Positions 8,863 through 17,703 of a stretch of 32,252 nucleotides of DNA are shown here, in pieces. The notes under the pieces were generated by a model. It searched no databases, was not told the DNA's origin, and saw nothing but the letters and a program-made list of their open reading frames with translations. Made by a program: the position numbers and the translations under genes. The DNA is from a virus (lineage: Duplodnaviria > Caudoviricetes), in the IMG/VR virus record IMGVR_UViG_3300032216_000046, positions 1 to 32,252 of that record. The stretch is one strand, 5' to 3'. How positions within the stretch are numbered: the first letter of the stretch is position 1; every line of letters starts with the position of its first letter.

Positions 8863-10323
8863 ATGGCTGATATTGGAACACTAAATCCCGAACAGATGTT
8901 GCAACAGCAACAGATTTTACGCCAGCAAAAAATGGCTGAAATGCTTATGCAAAAAGGCATGGAACAACCACAAAGTCAAATTGTTAGTGGCCATTATGTA
9001 AGACCTAGCATATTCCAAAATCTTGCAGGTTTAGCCAATACTTATGTCGGTCAAAGAAGTTTAGAAAAAGCTGATCAAGCACAAATTGATTTAGCTAATG
9101 CTATTAGAAATCAAGAGAGCGTAGCTTTAGCTGATTACATGAGTGATTTGCAAGGAAAACCTGCTAGTCAAAAACAAACTGAACTTGCTGGGCCTTATGG
9201 TCAGGCTGGCGAAAATGGTGCAAACATACCTATGCCAATGGCTGTAAAAGATATTCCTGCTGTTCCTGCTAATCCAATGTTAGCTAATATGAACGCTTTG
9301 CAAAATCCTAATTCACCTGCGTTTTTAAGAGCGCACGCAATGAAAAAGATTACTGAAGGCCCTAATTGGGCTGAAGTCAGTAAATATAATGAAAAAACTG
9401 GTAATACAGATACTTATGTTTACGACAAAAACTCATCAAATCCACAATCGACAATGCAGTTTGTTTCAACATCTAAACCTGCATTAGACGCATATCAACA
9501 AATTAAATTAAACGATGAAGGCATTGGAACTGGTAGATTTGGTGGATCATCCGTATTTACAGGGAATGTTCCTGTGGCTAATGGCGGTAATGTTCCTGCA
9601 TCAACCTTTCCCGTAACTGGCGGCACAATGCCAAACAAACCTGTAATTGGCAATGCTTCTGTTGGAACTGTAAAACCTGTATCTGCTAATAGTGTTCCTG
9701 AAAATGATTTAGTAAAAACATATGGTTACGATCCATTTAAACCACCACCAATGCCAACAATGCCAAGTGGTTCTGCCGCTAGATCATGGAAAGCAGATAT
9801 TTACAAACCTTTAGAAGGAACTCCTGCAAATACCGTAACTGGTGCTACAACTTATGTTGATGCTTTAGGAAAATATAACGATTATGTTAATGGATTAAGT
9901 GCTAGAGATTTAACTAACCCACAAGTTAGAACAAAACTTAATTCTTTGTATTCTCAAGTTAAATTAACTGGTAAAGAAGCTAATAATTTGGGCGTATTAA
10001 ATGGTGGTGATGAAAAAATATTGGAATCTGTAGTTCCTAACTATTCTGACATTTTAATTACTAAAAAAACTGTGCAAAAAATTCTTGATGAACAAAAAGA
10101 ATTTGGTAGCAGTAAAATTGTGGCAACTTACAGAACTGCTCAAAAACCTGTTCCTGAAAATATGCGTAAATATATTGTTGTGCCTAAAGCTGAACAAGAA
10201 CAAACAAGTCAAGGCTCTCCAAAGCAAACAGGCGCAACTGCTCGTGCAATATTAAATGGAGAGCAAATTGAAGTTCGCAATGGCAAATGGGTTAATTCTG
10301 CAACTGGTCAGGAAGTTAAATAA
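8863..10323 (+). CDS. Internal virion / ejection protein
   Basis: 486 aa; QQKMAEML...VSGHYVRPS N-terminus; NLGVLNGGD segment; position. Confidence 0.65.
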   Translation: MADIGTLNPEQMLQQQQILRQQKMAEMLMQKGMEQPQSQIVSGHYVRPSIFQNLAGLANTYVGQRSLEKADQAQIDLANAIRNQESVALADYMSDLQGKPASQKQTELAGPYGQAGENGANIPMPMAVKDIPAVPANPMLANMNALQNPNSPAFLRAHAMKKITEGPNWAEVSKYNEKTGNTDTYVYDKNSSNPQSTMQFVSTSKPALDAYQQIKLNDEGIGTGRFGGSSVFTGNVPVANGGNVPASTFPVTGGTMPNKPVIGNASVGTVKPVSANSVPENDLVKTYGYDPFKPPPMPTMPSGSAARSWKADIYKPLEGTPANTVTGATTYVDALGKYNDYVNGLSARDLTNPQVRTKLNSLYSQVKLTGKEANNLGVLNGGDEKILESVVPNYSDILITKKTVQKILDEQKEFGSSKIVATYRTAQKPVPENMRKYIVVPKAEQEQTSQGSPKQTGATARAILNGEQIEVRNGKWVNSATGQEVK

Positions 10324-11951
10324 TGGCTGATACATTGCCGCCACTTCCAAAAGGGGCTGTTCTTGTAGAAGAATTGCCACCTTTGCCACAAGGTGCTGTT
10401 ATGCAACCTGAAACCGCCTATGATCGGTTTATTAATGCTATTGAATTGCCTAAGTTTAATGGCAATGCCGTAGTAGGCCCTGCGACTGTTGCTGGTGCTG
10501 GTGAACTTATTAAAGGTGCTGGCGCAGCAGCTGAATTAGCATTTCCTGAAACTGGTCGTAACATTACCCGTCTTGGAGAAAAATTAACTGGTCAAGTTAA
10601 AGAGCAATTTCCAGTAGCAGGTACAACAGGTCAAATAGGATCTTATGTATTGCCTTATTCTATGGCTCAAAAAGCTGTAAATGCCGTTAAATCAATTCCG
10701 CAAGCAGCCAATGTTATTGGAAAACTTCCTAGTTTTGCTACTGCTGTTGGCGAACAATCTGCTATAGGTGCTGGTGCAGGCGCATTACTTACCCCAAGTG
10801 TAGAAAATCGTGGTAATGCGGCTACATGGGGTGCTGCAACTGGCCCTGTTGGAGAATTAATTAAACCAGCAGCAAAACTTGGTGGATGGATTGGTAAAGA
10901 AGTTCTTGGTTTATCAACAGGTGCTGGGCCACAAGCTATTGAAGAAGCAGCTAAAGCGGGTGTAACTGGAAATCAACAATTTTTGCAAAATTTGCGTGGT
11001 CAAGTGCCTGTAAAAGATGTATTACAAGCGGCTCAAAGCGGTTTACAAACCCTTAAAACGCAAAGAAAAAATGCTTATAAAGAAGGCATTGAAAGCATAA
11101 AGCCTAATCAAGAAATAGTTGCTGGTCAGCCTTTGCCAAAACCTACGCCAAAACTTGACTTTAGTCCTATTGAAAATTCTTTTAAAGAATCTGTTGATAA
11201 TTTTAAAGTTCAAGGCGGTGGAGATATTGCTTCATCTATTGGTGAAGAATCATTTAAAGATATTAATAAAATTAAATCTGTATTAGATGAATGGAAATCT
11301 AAAAAAGGATTACATACTGCTGAAGGTTTAGATGCTTTAAAACGCAGAATTGACGATCTTTATCGCAATGATATGTCTAATGAAGCTAAATCCGTATTGT
11401 CTCAAACACGCAATACGGTAAAAGACACTATTATTAAACAAGATAAAAATTATGCTTCAACAATGCGTAATTATGAAGAATCTTTAAGTCTTGAGCATGA
11501 ACTTGAGCAAGCATTGAGTTTAGGCGATAGAAAATCTGTTGATGCCGCAGTACGCAGACTTCAATCTTTAACTCGTAATAATGCCAATACTAGCTTTGAA
11601 TATCGCAAACAACTAGCTGATATTTTAAAAGAAAAAAGTGGAATTGATTTAATGCCAGCTTTGGCAGGTCAATCTTTAAATACCTATGTTCCAAGAGGTT
11701 TGCACAGAATCATTCCAAGCTTTACCGCAGGAAGCGGCATTACAGGAGCAATGACTATTGGTGCTTCAGGTTTAGCACCTTTAGCAACACTTCCTTTGCA
11801 AAGTCCTAGATTAGTTGGCGAAGCGGTTTATCAAGCAGGAAAAGTATCTCGCCCAGTATTAGATTTGGCAAATTCGGGTACTCCTGAACAAAGAAAACTG
11901 GCAAAATTATTAATTATGAAAGCCGCCCAACAAGGAGCAACAAATGAGTAG
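10323..11951 (+). CDS. Internal virion / DNA transfer protein
   Basis: 542 aa; G/A-rich membrane-inserting-type segments; LDALKRRI and SPRLVGE segments. Confidence 0.65.
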   Translation: MADTLPPLPKGAVLVEELPPLPQGAVMQPETAYDRFINAIELPKFNGNAVVGPATVAGAGELIKGAGAAAELAFPETGRNITRLGEKLTGQVKEQFPVAGTTGQIGSYVLPYSMAQKAVNAVKSIPQAANVIGKLPSFATAVGEQSAIGAGAGALLTPSVENRGNAATWGAATGPVGELIKPAAKLGGWIGKEVLGLSTGAGPQAIEEAAKAGVTGNQQFLQNLRGQVPVKDVLQAAQSGLQTLKTQRKNAYKEGIESIKPNQEIVAGQPLPKPTPKLDFSPIENSFKESVDNFKVQGGGDIASSIGEESFKDINKIKSVLDEWKSKKGLHTAEGLDALKRRIDDLYRNDMSNEAKSVLSQTRNTVKDTIIKQDKNYASTMRNYEESLSLEHELEQALSLGDRKSVDAAVRRLQSLTRNNANTSFEYRKQLADILKEKSGIDLMPALAGQSLNTYVPRGLHRIIPSFTAGSGITGAMTIGASGLAPLATLPLQSPRLVGEAVYQAGKVSRPVLDLANSGTPEQRKLAKLLIMKAAQQGATNE

Positions 11952-12660
11952 AAACGGATCGGGAGTCTATTCACTCCCAGCAGGTAACCCAGTTGTACCA
12001 TCAACTACCATTAGTTCTACATGGGCTAATAACACGCTTACAGACCTTGCAACTGCAATGACAGGATCAGTAGCGTCAGATGGTCAAACTAAAATGATTG
12101 GTGCTTTAGATTTAAATTCTAATAAGATTGTTAATCTTGCCACCCCTACCGCTTCTACTGATGCTGTTACTAAAGCCTACGCTGATGCTTCAATTGCCGC
12201 ATTAGGCACAATGGCTTTGCAAAATGCTGATTCAGTAGTTATTACTGGCGGCACTATTAATGGAACTGCCATTGGTGCAGTTAATAGAGGTGCAGGTAAT
12301 TTCACTACTTTAGATGCTAATGGTGCGTTTACAGCTAGTGGCGCAGCTTCATTTACTAGCACAGGCGCATTAAAGATTCCAGTAGGAACAACTGCACAAC
12401 AGCCTACCCCAGCTACAGGGATGATTCGCTACAACAGCACTTTAGGGCAATTTCAAGGCTATTACGCAAGCACTTGGTCGCAAATTGGTGGTGGTGCTAC
12501 AGGCGGTGGTTCAGACCAAGTATTTAACCTAAATGACCAAGTAGTTACTGTAGACTATACAATTCCATCTACTAAAAACGCTTCTAGTGCAGGGCCAATT
12601 ACTATTAATACTGGTGTTACAGTCACAGTTCCGACTGACAGCACATGGGTTATCGTTTAA
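11944..12660 (+). CDS. Tail fibre (proximal/anchor) protein
   Basis: MSRNGSGVYSLP anchor; KIVNLATPT-DAVTKAY; IPVGTTAQQP-GMIRYN; GGGATGGG motifs. Confidence 0.8.
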   Translation: MSRNGSGVYSLPAGNPVVPSTTISSTWANNTLTDLATAMTGSVASDGQTKMIGALDLNSNKIVNLATPTASTDAVTKAYADASIAALGTMALQNADSVVITGGTINGTAIGAVNRGAGNFTTLDANGAFTASGAASFTSTGALKIPVGTTAQQPTPATGMIRYNSTLGQFQGYYASTWSQIGGGATGGGSDQVFNLNDQVVTVDYTIPSTKNASSAGPITINTGVTVTVPTDSTWVIV

Positions 12661-12684
12661 AATACTGAAAACTAAGGATAAATT

Positions 12685-13071
12685 ATGGCTGGTCAATTAA
12701 CAATCGACACATTAAGAGCAGGTAGCGGAGTCTTAGCCACTCAGAATGGCATGACTGGTATTGCTAAGGCATGGGTAAATTTTGATGGCGGTAACGGAAA
12801 TACGGCTGGAACAATAAATAGTTCTTTTAATGTATCTAGCATTACTGTTAATAGTCAAGGCAACTATACAGTTAATATGACAACAGCAATGCCAAATACA
12901 AATTATGTTCCAACAGTAACCAATGTCCGTGCTACTGGTGTATTTGGTGACTTGGGGTATCCTGCTGATGCACAAGCCTTGACTACTAGCACATTTCAAA
13001 TAGGCACTAAAGGTTCAACTGGTACTCCAGTCAATTCTTTTAAAGTATATGCCTCTGTTTTTAGTTCATAA
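12685..13071 (+). CDS. Small tail-fibre/receptor-binding subunit, paralog 1
   Basis: AKAWVNFDG...SSFNVSSIT...YTVN.TTAMPNTNY motif; TAAGGA RBS. Confidence 0.7.
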   Translation: MAGQLTIDTLRAGSGVLATQNGMTGIAKAWVNFDGGNGNTAGTINSSFNVSSITVNSQGNYTVNMTTAMPNTNYVPTVTNVRATGVFGDLGYPADAQALTTSTFQIGTKGSTGTPVNSFKVYASVFSS

Positions 13072-13080
13072 GGATAAATC

Positions 13081-13476
13081 ATGGCTGGCACACTAACAAT
13101 TTCGACCCTCTCAGACGGCACTAATAGCACTTCTTCTACTAACTGTATTAAAGGTTCTGCTAGAGCATGGGTAAACTTTACTGGTTCTACTGGCGCAATT
13201 AACAGTTCATTCAATGTTAGTTCAATTACCATAAACAGTACTGCTTACTACACAGTAAACTTTACTACTGCAATGCCTAATACAAATTATGTCCCTTATG
13301 TAGATGGCACAACTAGCGGTTCTGCTGCTGGTAAAGCACAGCTTTATTGCGATTGGGCTGCAACTAATGCTTATGTAGCACCAACAACTTCAGGATTTGT
13401 TTGGTCTTATTCTAATTATCTTGGTTCAGCTAGAATTGTTCCGACAAATGGCATGGTAGCCGTATTTAGTTCATAA
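13081..13476 (+). CDS. Small tail-fibre/receptor-binding subunit, paralog 2
   Basis: ARAWVNFTG...SSFNVSSIT...YTVNFTTAMPNTNY; clear paralog of 12685..13071. Confidence 0.7.
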   Translation: MAGTLTISTLSDGTNSTSSTNCIKGSARAWVNFTGSTGAINSSFNVSSITINSTAYYTVNFTTAMPNTNYVPYVDGTTSGSAAGKAQLYCDWAATNAYVAPTTSGFVWSYSNYLGSARIVPTNGMVAVFSS

Positions 13477-13486
13477 AGGAAAAATA

Positions 13487-13888
13487 ATGTCACAAGTAAT
13501 CATATTTTCAAATTCTAATGGTGGTGTATCTACTACTATCCCTACTGGTGAAATCAGCATTGAGGCTGTATTAGCTAAAGACTGCCCTAAAGGTGCAATC
13601 ATTGTTGAAGCTTCTTCATTGCCTACAGACAACGATTTCTACGATGCGTGGGAACTTGCTGACGGAGTAGTAACTGTTAGCCTAGCCAAAGCTACAGAAA
13701 TCACCAAGAAGCGTCTAAGAGCAGAGCGTGAGCCTTTGTTGCAAGCACAAGATGTAGCCTTCCAAAGAGCATTAGAGTCAGGTGCAGATACATCTGCTAT
13801 TGTTGCTGAAAAACAGCGTTTGCGTGATATTACTAATTTCTCTGCAACTACATTAGACGAATTGCGTAGCCTTAAAGCTGGAGTGTAA
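13487..13888 (+). CDS. Tail fibre assembly chaperone-like protein
   Basis: LRAEREPLL...D...KQRLRDIT C-terminal motif. Confidence 0.7.
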   Translation: MSQVIIFSNSNGGVSTTIPTGEISIEAVLAKDCPKGAIIVEASSLPTDNDFYDAWELADGVVTVSLAKATEITKKRLRAEREPLLQAQDVAFQRALESGADTSAIVAEKQRLRDITNFSATTLDELRSLKAGV

Positions 13889-13890
13889 TC

Positions 13891-14193
13891 ATGGCAGTTA
13901 CTATAAATGGTACAAATGGCGTTACATTTAACGATTCCACAACCCAAGCAACTAAAGCCGTTGGTTTTAATCCAACTGGCTCTTGGGGTGCTATTACTGC
14001 CAGCACAACTTATACAAACTCAAGTGCATATTTTGTTTATGTAACTTCTTCTACTGCTTCTGTTTCAAATGTGCCGTTCACTATTAGCGGAACAACTTAT
14101 AACTCAGTTACAGCAAACGGATTTATTGTGCCGCCAGGCGCAACTTACAGTACTGGTGGTGGATATAGTGGCTCACCGTATCGTTTTGCATAA
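13891..14193 (+). CDS. Small tail-fibre-like protein
   Basis: MAVTINGTNGVTFND start; TYTN...FIVPPGATY motif of fibre tips. Confidence 0.6.
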   Translation: MAVTINGTNGVTFNDSTTQATKAVGFNPTGSWGAITASTTYTNSSAYFVYVTSSTASVSNVPFTISGTTYNSVTANGFIVPPGATYSTGGGYSGSPYRFA

Positions 14194-14202
14194 GGTAAAA
14201 AA

Positions 14203-14430
14203 ATGAAATTTTATAAAGCACCAACTGGCGAAGTTTGGGCGTATGAAGCTGATGGCTCACAAGATTATTTAATTCCTGATGATTTTGTTGCATTAACGCA
14301 AGAAGAAATTGATGCTAGAAATGCACAATTTGAAGCAGAGCAACAAGCATATTTAGATGCAAAAGCTTCTGCACTAGCTAAATTAACAGCATTAGGTTTA
14401 ACTGAAACTGAAATTAAGGCATTGTTATGA
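14203..14430 (+). CDS. Tail fibre assembly-like small protein
   Basis: YK.P.GEVWAYEADGSQD N-terminus; SALAKLTALGLTETEI C-terminus. Confidence 0.6.
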   Translation: MKFYKAPTGEVWAYEADGSQDYLIPDDFVALTQEEIDARNAQFEAEQQAYLDAKASALAKLTALGLTETEIKALL

Positions 14431-14594
14431 ACTTTACATTTACATGGATATTAGACAAGTTTGGTTTTCAAGCTAAACCAGCTTTTGACTTTCCAGTTAA
14501 ACCTGAAGTTAAAAAAGCTGTTGCTAAAAAAGTAGCCAAAAAAACTGTTAAAATTGCTAAAGCGACTACTCGCACATCGAAAACTAAAAAGTGA
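14427..14594 (+). CDS. 55-aa basic protein with K/A-rich histone-H1-like tail (not in ORF track)
   Basis: ATGA overlap at start and GTGA overlap at end; MNFTFTWILDKFGFQAKP...KKAVAKKVAKKTVK. Confidence 0.7.
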   Translation: MNFTFTWILDKFGFQAKPAFDFPVKPEVKKAVAKKVAKKTVKIAKATTRTSKTKK

Positions 14595-14806
14595 GCGTAG
14601 TTGTGGACATTGACCCTATAAAATTTGGCGTAACTTGGCAAAAAGTAGAAGCTATGGAACAAGAGGTTGCTGAACTTCGCAAGGATGTTAAACAGCTTCT
14701 TGAATTAGCCAACAAGGGTCGTGGCGGTTTTTGGGCTGGTATGGCTATTGTGTCAGCTTTCTCCACATTTATTGGCTTTATGAGCCACTACATTACTGGT
14801 AAATGA
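14591..14806 (+). CDS. Coiled-coil plus single-TM protein, holin/antiholin-like
   Basis: Coiled coil then GRGGFWAGMAIVSAFSTFIGF TM segment; start of lysis cassette. Confidence 0.6.
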   Translation: MSVVVDIDPIKFGVTWQKVEAMEQEVAELRKDVKQLLELANKGRGGFWAGMAIVSAFSTFIGFMSHYITGK

Positions 14807-14985
14807 TTAAAAGTAGGACAATGTGGTTTTCTTTTGCGCTAGTTGTTTTAGGCGCATTATTAGAAAGCCTACCTACATTACAGGCTTATCTTGACCCTAA
14901 ATTCTATTCTTATAGCTTCGTTATTATTGGCGTTTGTGTTGCTATTTTGCGCTTTTTAACCACGCAACCATTGAGTGAAAAATGA
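14803..14985 (+). CDS. Holin-like two-TM protein
   Basis: KSRTMWF...ILRFLTTQPL; two hydrophobic segments; upstream of spanin. Confidence 0.7.
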   Translation: MIKSRTMWFSFALVVLGALLESLPTLQAYLDPKFYSYSFVIIGVCVAILRFLTTQPLSEK

Positions 14986-15386
14986 TAGATTACGCAAAAT
15001 TAGCTATTGCTGGCGCACTTCTGCTTGTTGCTTTTTCTACTGGCTGGTATGTTCGTAACCTAGACTACCAAGCATTTAAGCTAGAAGTCTTAAATACCGC
15101 CAAAGCGCAAGAAGCCCATGTGGAGTCCATTACTAAACAACAAGCCTTAGTTACTAAAGGAATTGAAAATGAGTATGAAGCTAAAATTGCTGCTATTAGG
15201 AATTACTATAAGTCTACTAGCGTGTGGAACAACCCCAGTAGCAGTAAAGTGTCAGGAATTTCCGCAGCCCCCAGCGCAACTGATGTTATTGCCGCCTACA
15301 ACGAAATTGCTGGACTCTGCGCTGAAACCACCGCCCAAACAATAGCTTTGCAAGACTGGGTTAGGCAACAAGTAGGCATCAAATGA
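14982..15386 (+). CDS. Rz: Inner-membrane spanin (Rz-like)
   Basis: N-terminal TM, coiled coil, C-terminal C...LQDWV; contains a nested lipoprotein ORF. Confidence 0.8.
   Translation: MIDYAKLAIAGALLLVAFSTGWYVRNLDYQAFKLEVLNTAKAQEAHVESITKQQALVTKGIENEYEAKIAAIRNYYKSTSVWNNPSSSKVSGISAAPSATDVIAAYNEIAGLCAETTAQTIALQDWVRQQVGIK
15175..15345 (+). CDS. Rz1: Outer-membrane spanin lipoprotein (Rz1-like), nested in Rz in the +1 frame
   Basis: MKLKLLLLGITISLLAC lipobox, proline-rich mature part, lambda-type embedded architecture. Confidence 0.8.
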   Translation: MKLKLLLLGITISLLACGTTPVAVKCQEFPQPPAQLMLLPPTTKLLDSALKPPPKQ

Positions 15387-15598
15387 CTTCTGAGCAATTA
15401 TCCCAAAGGGTCACTTTAGTAGCTTGCTATACCCTATCAACAATTCTTTTATCTATGGTTTGTGTATTTGTCATAGGTTTTTTTAATGAAAAAATAGACA
15501 ACAATAAGCTATTTGAAATAGTAGGCCCAATGGCACAAACGATTTGCGGTGGATTTATAGGGCTAATTACAGGCATTAAGATTGGTTCAAATGAATAG
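15383..15598 (+). CDS. Two-TM membrane protein (holin-like)
   Basis: Two hydrophobic segments; directly upstream of the endolysin. Confidence 0.55.
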   Translation: MTSEQLSQRVTLVACYTLSTILLSMVCVFVIGFFNEKIDNNKLFEIVGPMAQTICGGFIGLITGIKIGSNE

Positions 15599-16178
15599 TG
15601 AGCAGTTAGCAAAATTAGGAATCGGTGCAGAATGGGTTGATCCTTTAAATGAAACCTTTGCTAAATACGACATCTCTACGCCAAAGCGTCAGGCAGCCTT
15701 CATTGGTCAATGTATGCACGAATCAGGCGGCTTTAAACACCTTACAGAGAACTTAAACTACTCAGCTAAGGCATTGGTAGCCACATGGCCTTCACGCTTT
15801 CCTAATGAGGAATACGCAGAAGAATACGCCCGTAAACCTGAACGCATAGCGGCAAAGGTTTATGTGGGTCGTATGGGTAATGAAACGCCTGAAGATGCCG
15901 CCAAATACATTGGGCGTGGTTTAATTCAAATGACAGGAAAAGAAAACTATGCCAACTGCGGACTTGGTTTGGGCGTGGATTTGCTTGGGAATCCTGATTG
16001 GCTGGCTACTCCTAAATATGCGGCTTTAAGTGCTGGCTGGTATTGGAACAAACGAAACCTCAATTCTGACGCTGATGCTGGAAACATAGAATCTATGACC
16101 CGTAAAATTAATGGCGGCAGCATCGGAATTGAAGATCGTAAAGCTAAAATTAATATGGTTTTTAACGCAATTAGCTAA
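15591..16178 (+). CDS. Endolysin, glycoside hydrolase family 19
   Basis: AAFIGQCMHESGG, ENLNYS, YIGRGLIQMTG..NY, TRKINGG motifs; start could be 15582. Confidence 0.92.
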   Translation: MNSEQLAKLGIGAEWVDPLNETFAKYDISTPKRQAAFIGQCMHESGGFKHLTENLNYSAKALVATWPSRFPNEEYAEEYARKPERIAAKVYVGRMGNETPEDAAKYIGRGLIQMTGKENYANCGLGLGVDLLGNPDWLATPKYAALSAGWYWNKRNLNSDADAGNIESMTRKINGGSIGIEDRKAKINMVFNAIS

Positions 16179-16359
16179 TAGTTCTCCAAAAGCTGTACGC
16201 AAACACAGCTAAAAACAACATACCCCCACAAAACGCACCAAAACCGCTGAAATCAGACTTTTCAGGCATTTCTATGGCATTGGCATAGTCAGCATCTTTA
16301 AACGCTTCAGAAGCCGATTTATAGGTTTTACCCATCATTCCTAATGATCTTGTACTCAT
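16171..16359 (-). CDS. Small membrane-anchored hypothetical protein
   Basis: ATGA overlap with nuclease gene; C-terminal TM. Confidence 0.6.
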   Translation of the reverse strand: MSTRSLGMMGKTYKSASEAFKDADYANAIEMPEKSDFSGFGAFCGGMLFLAVFAYSFWRTIS

Positions 16360-16799
16360 AAATACCTTTCAAGTAAAGTAAAGCAATTAGTTTCTAATAA
16401 AACCATAGGTTCTACATCTTGCCAATCGTTTCGGTCTTTTCTGCCGTTTACAACAAACTTTAAATTTTCAAAATGAGTAAATTTTCTGTACCAAATCCCG
16501 TCTTTTGTTTTAAGCACTAAAAAGAACGGTAATTTGGTAAATTCCACCAGCGTTTTAGCAGATATAAATTTACCCATACTTATAAAATAACCCCCACTCA
16601 TACGATCAAATTGGGCTAATTCATAATTCAAACACTTAATTTCACAAAACCCAGCTATTTCTTTATTCCGTGTAAAGGTGTAATCAAGACCATATTTAAT
16701 AGGCATTTTGACTACTTCACATTTCCACTTTTCTTCAAGTAAAGCGGCAACACCTCTTTCTACATCAAGATTTTTTTGGGTTTCGTATAAAGGCCTCAC
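16356..16799 (-). CDS. PD-(D/E)xK superfamily nuclease
   Basis: E...LDY...FCEIK catalytic pattern; GRKDRNDWQDVEP C-terminal motif. Confidence 0.7.
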   Translation of the reverse strand: MRPLYETQKNLDVERGVAALLEEKWKCEVVKMPIKYGLDYTFTRNKEIAGFCEIKCLNYELAQFDRMSGGYFISMGKFISAKTLVEFTKLPFFLVLKTKDGIWYRKFTHFENLKFVVNGRKDRNDWQDVEPMVLLETNCFTLLERYL

Positions 16800-16827
16800 T
16801 TTTGTACCTTTTTTAACATTGGTTTAT

Positions 16828-16920
16828 TCATATTAAATACCCTTGCGTTAAATAAGTTGTCGCAAAAATAATTACACAAATAAACAACGCCATCAAACCG
16901 CCTAAAATAAAGTCTTTCAC
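16828..16920 (-). CDS. 30-aa single-TM peptide (not in ORF track)
   Basis: AGGAG RBS before GTG on minus strand; MKDFILGGLMALFICVIIFATTYLTQGYLI. Confidence 0.55.
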   Translation of the reverse strand: MKDFILGGLMALFICVIIFATTYLTQGYLI

Positions 16921-16929
16921 AATAATCTC

Positions 16930-17181
16930 CTATTGAAAAACACGGTAACGAGGGTTGCAAGTAACTTCTACTGGTACATCGGTAGTAACACCGTTAATTC
17001 TGCGCTTTGCCGTAATAACGACTGGGCGTGTACCAGCATCTTCACATTCTGTAATTCCTAGTATGACCTGCGCCCTAGTCATGTGATAAGCGGTTTTATC
17101 AGTATCTAAACTAACATTAGGTGGCTCAAAAGAACTACAAGCTGCTAATGCAAACGGGGTAATTAAAAGTAAATATTTCAT
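16930..17181 (-). CDS. Lipoprotein
   Basis: Internal ATG with ATGA overlap gives MKYLLLITPFALAAC lipobox; two further Cys. Confidence 0.75.
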   Translation of the reverse strand: MKYLLLITPFALAACSSFEPPNVSLDTDKTAYHMTRAQVILGITECEDAGTRPVVITAKRRINGVTTDVPVEVTCNPRYRVFQ

Positions 17182-17435
17182 GATTTTCTGTATCCATTCT
17201 TTAAGTCGGTGTTTTTCCAAGATTCAATTTTTGCTTGTGCTTCTTCCATTGTTTTGGCTGAGGTACAAAGCTGACCTCTCGGAGTGCGCTCGTAAACCAA
17301 AAAACCGCCTGTTTTGCTAGGTTCAATGCTGTAGGTTGCTAGACCGTTAAAAAAGTCTTGTGCGTGGGCGTATGCTGAATGTGCGCCTGAATCTTCTGAA
17401 GCGATACGGCTGTTGCGTTGTGCTGTTGATTCCAT
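17178..17435 (-). CDS. Hypothetical early protein
   Basis: AAAGGA RBS, directly downstream of a sigma70-type promoter. Confidence 0.7.
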   Translation of the reverse strand: MESTAQRNSRIASEDSGAHSAYAHAQDFFNGLATYSIEPSKTGGFLVYERTPRGQLCTSAKTMEEAQAKIESWKNTDLKNGYRKS

Positions 17436-17475
17436 TTTGTTTCCTTTCTATCTCACTCCCCAATGGAGTAACATC

Positions 17476-17530
17476 AGTTTAGTTAAGCCAGCTTAACAAT
17501 GCAAGGGTTATTTTATAAGGAAAACCCTTA
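17476..17530 (-). promoter_or_regulatory. Leftward sigma70 promoter with operator in the spacer and upstream palindrome
   Basis: TTGCAT-N17-TAAACT on minus strand; TTAAG-CCAG-CTTAA at 17483-17496; TAAGG-N5-CCTTA at 17516-17530. Confidence 0.7.
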
Positions 17531-17547
17531 GTTGCAAAAAAGATACA

Positions 17548-17633
17548 GGGCTGTATTTGGCAGTTGCTACAAATGGGCAAGAAAGCCGCAAAATAACCCA
17601 ATTACTGCATCCTACATTGGCGGCTTAACGCCC
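17548..17633 (-). ncRNA. Candidate structured RNA with pseudoknot (C4/c4-2-like architecture)
   Basis: Minus strand: GGGC/GCCC closing stem, GCAGT/ACTGC and TGGGT/GCCCA inner stems, loop GCGGCTT complementary to 5' AAGCCGC; followed by a T run. Confidence 0.55.
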
Positions 17634-17703
17634 TAAATAAGGTGGGGTACTCACTTCTTTACGCTTTCCCCCGATGCCTACTTGCTCCGTGATGCTTTCG
17701 GCA

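Noticed and set aside
12685-13476. Diversity-generating retroelement TR/VR pair or shufflon
   Set aside because: Differences are not adenine-specific, and there is no reverse transcriptase or invertase in the window
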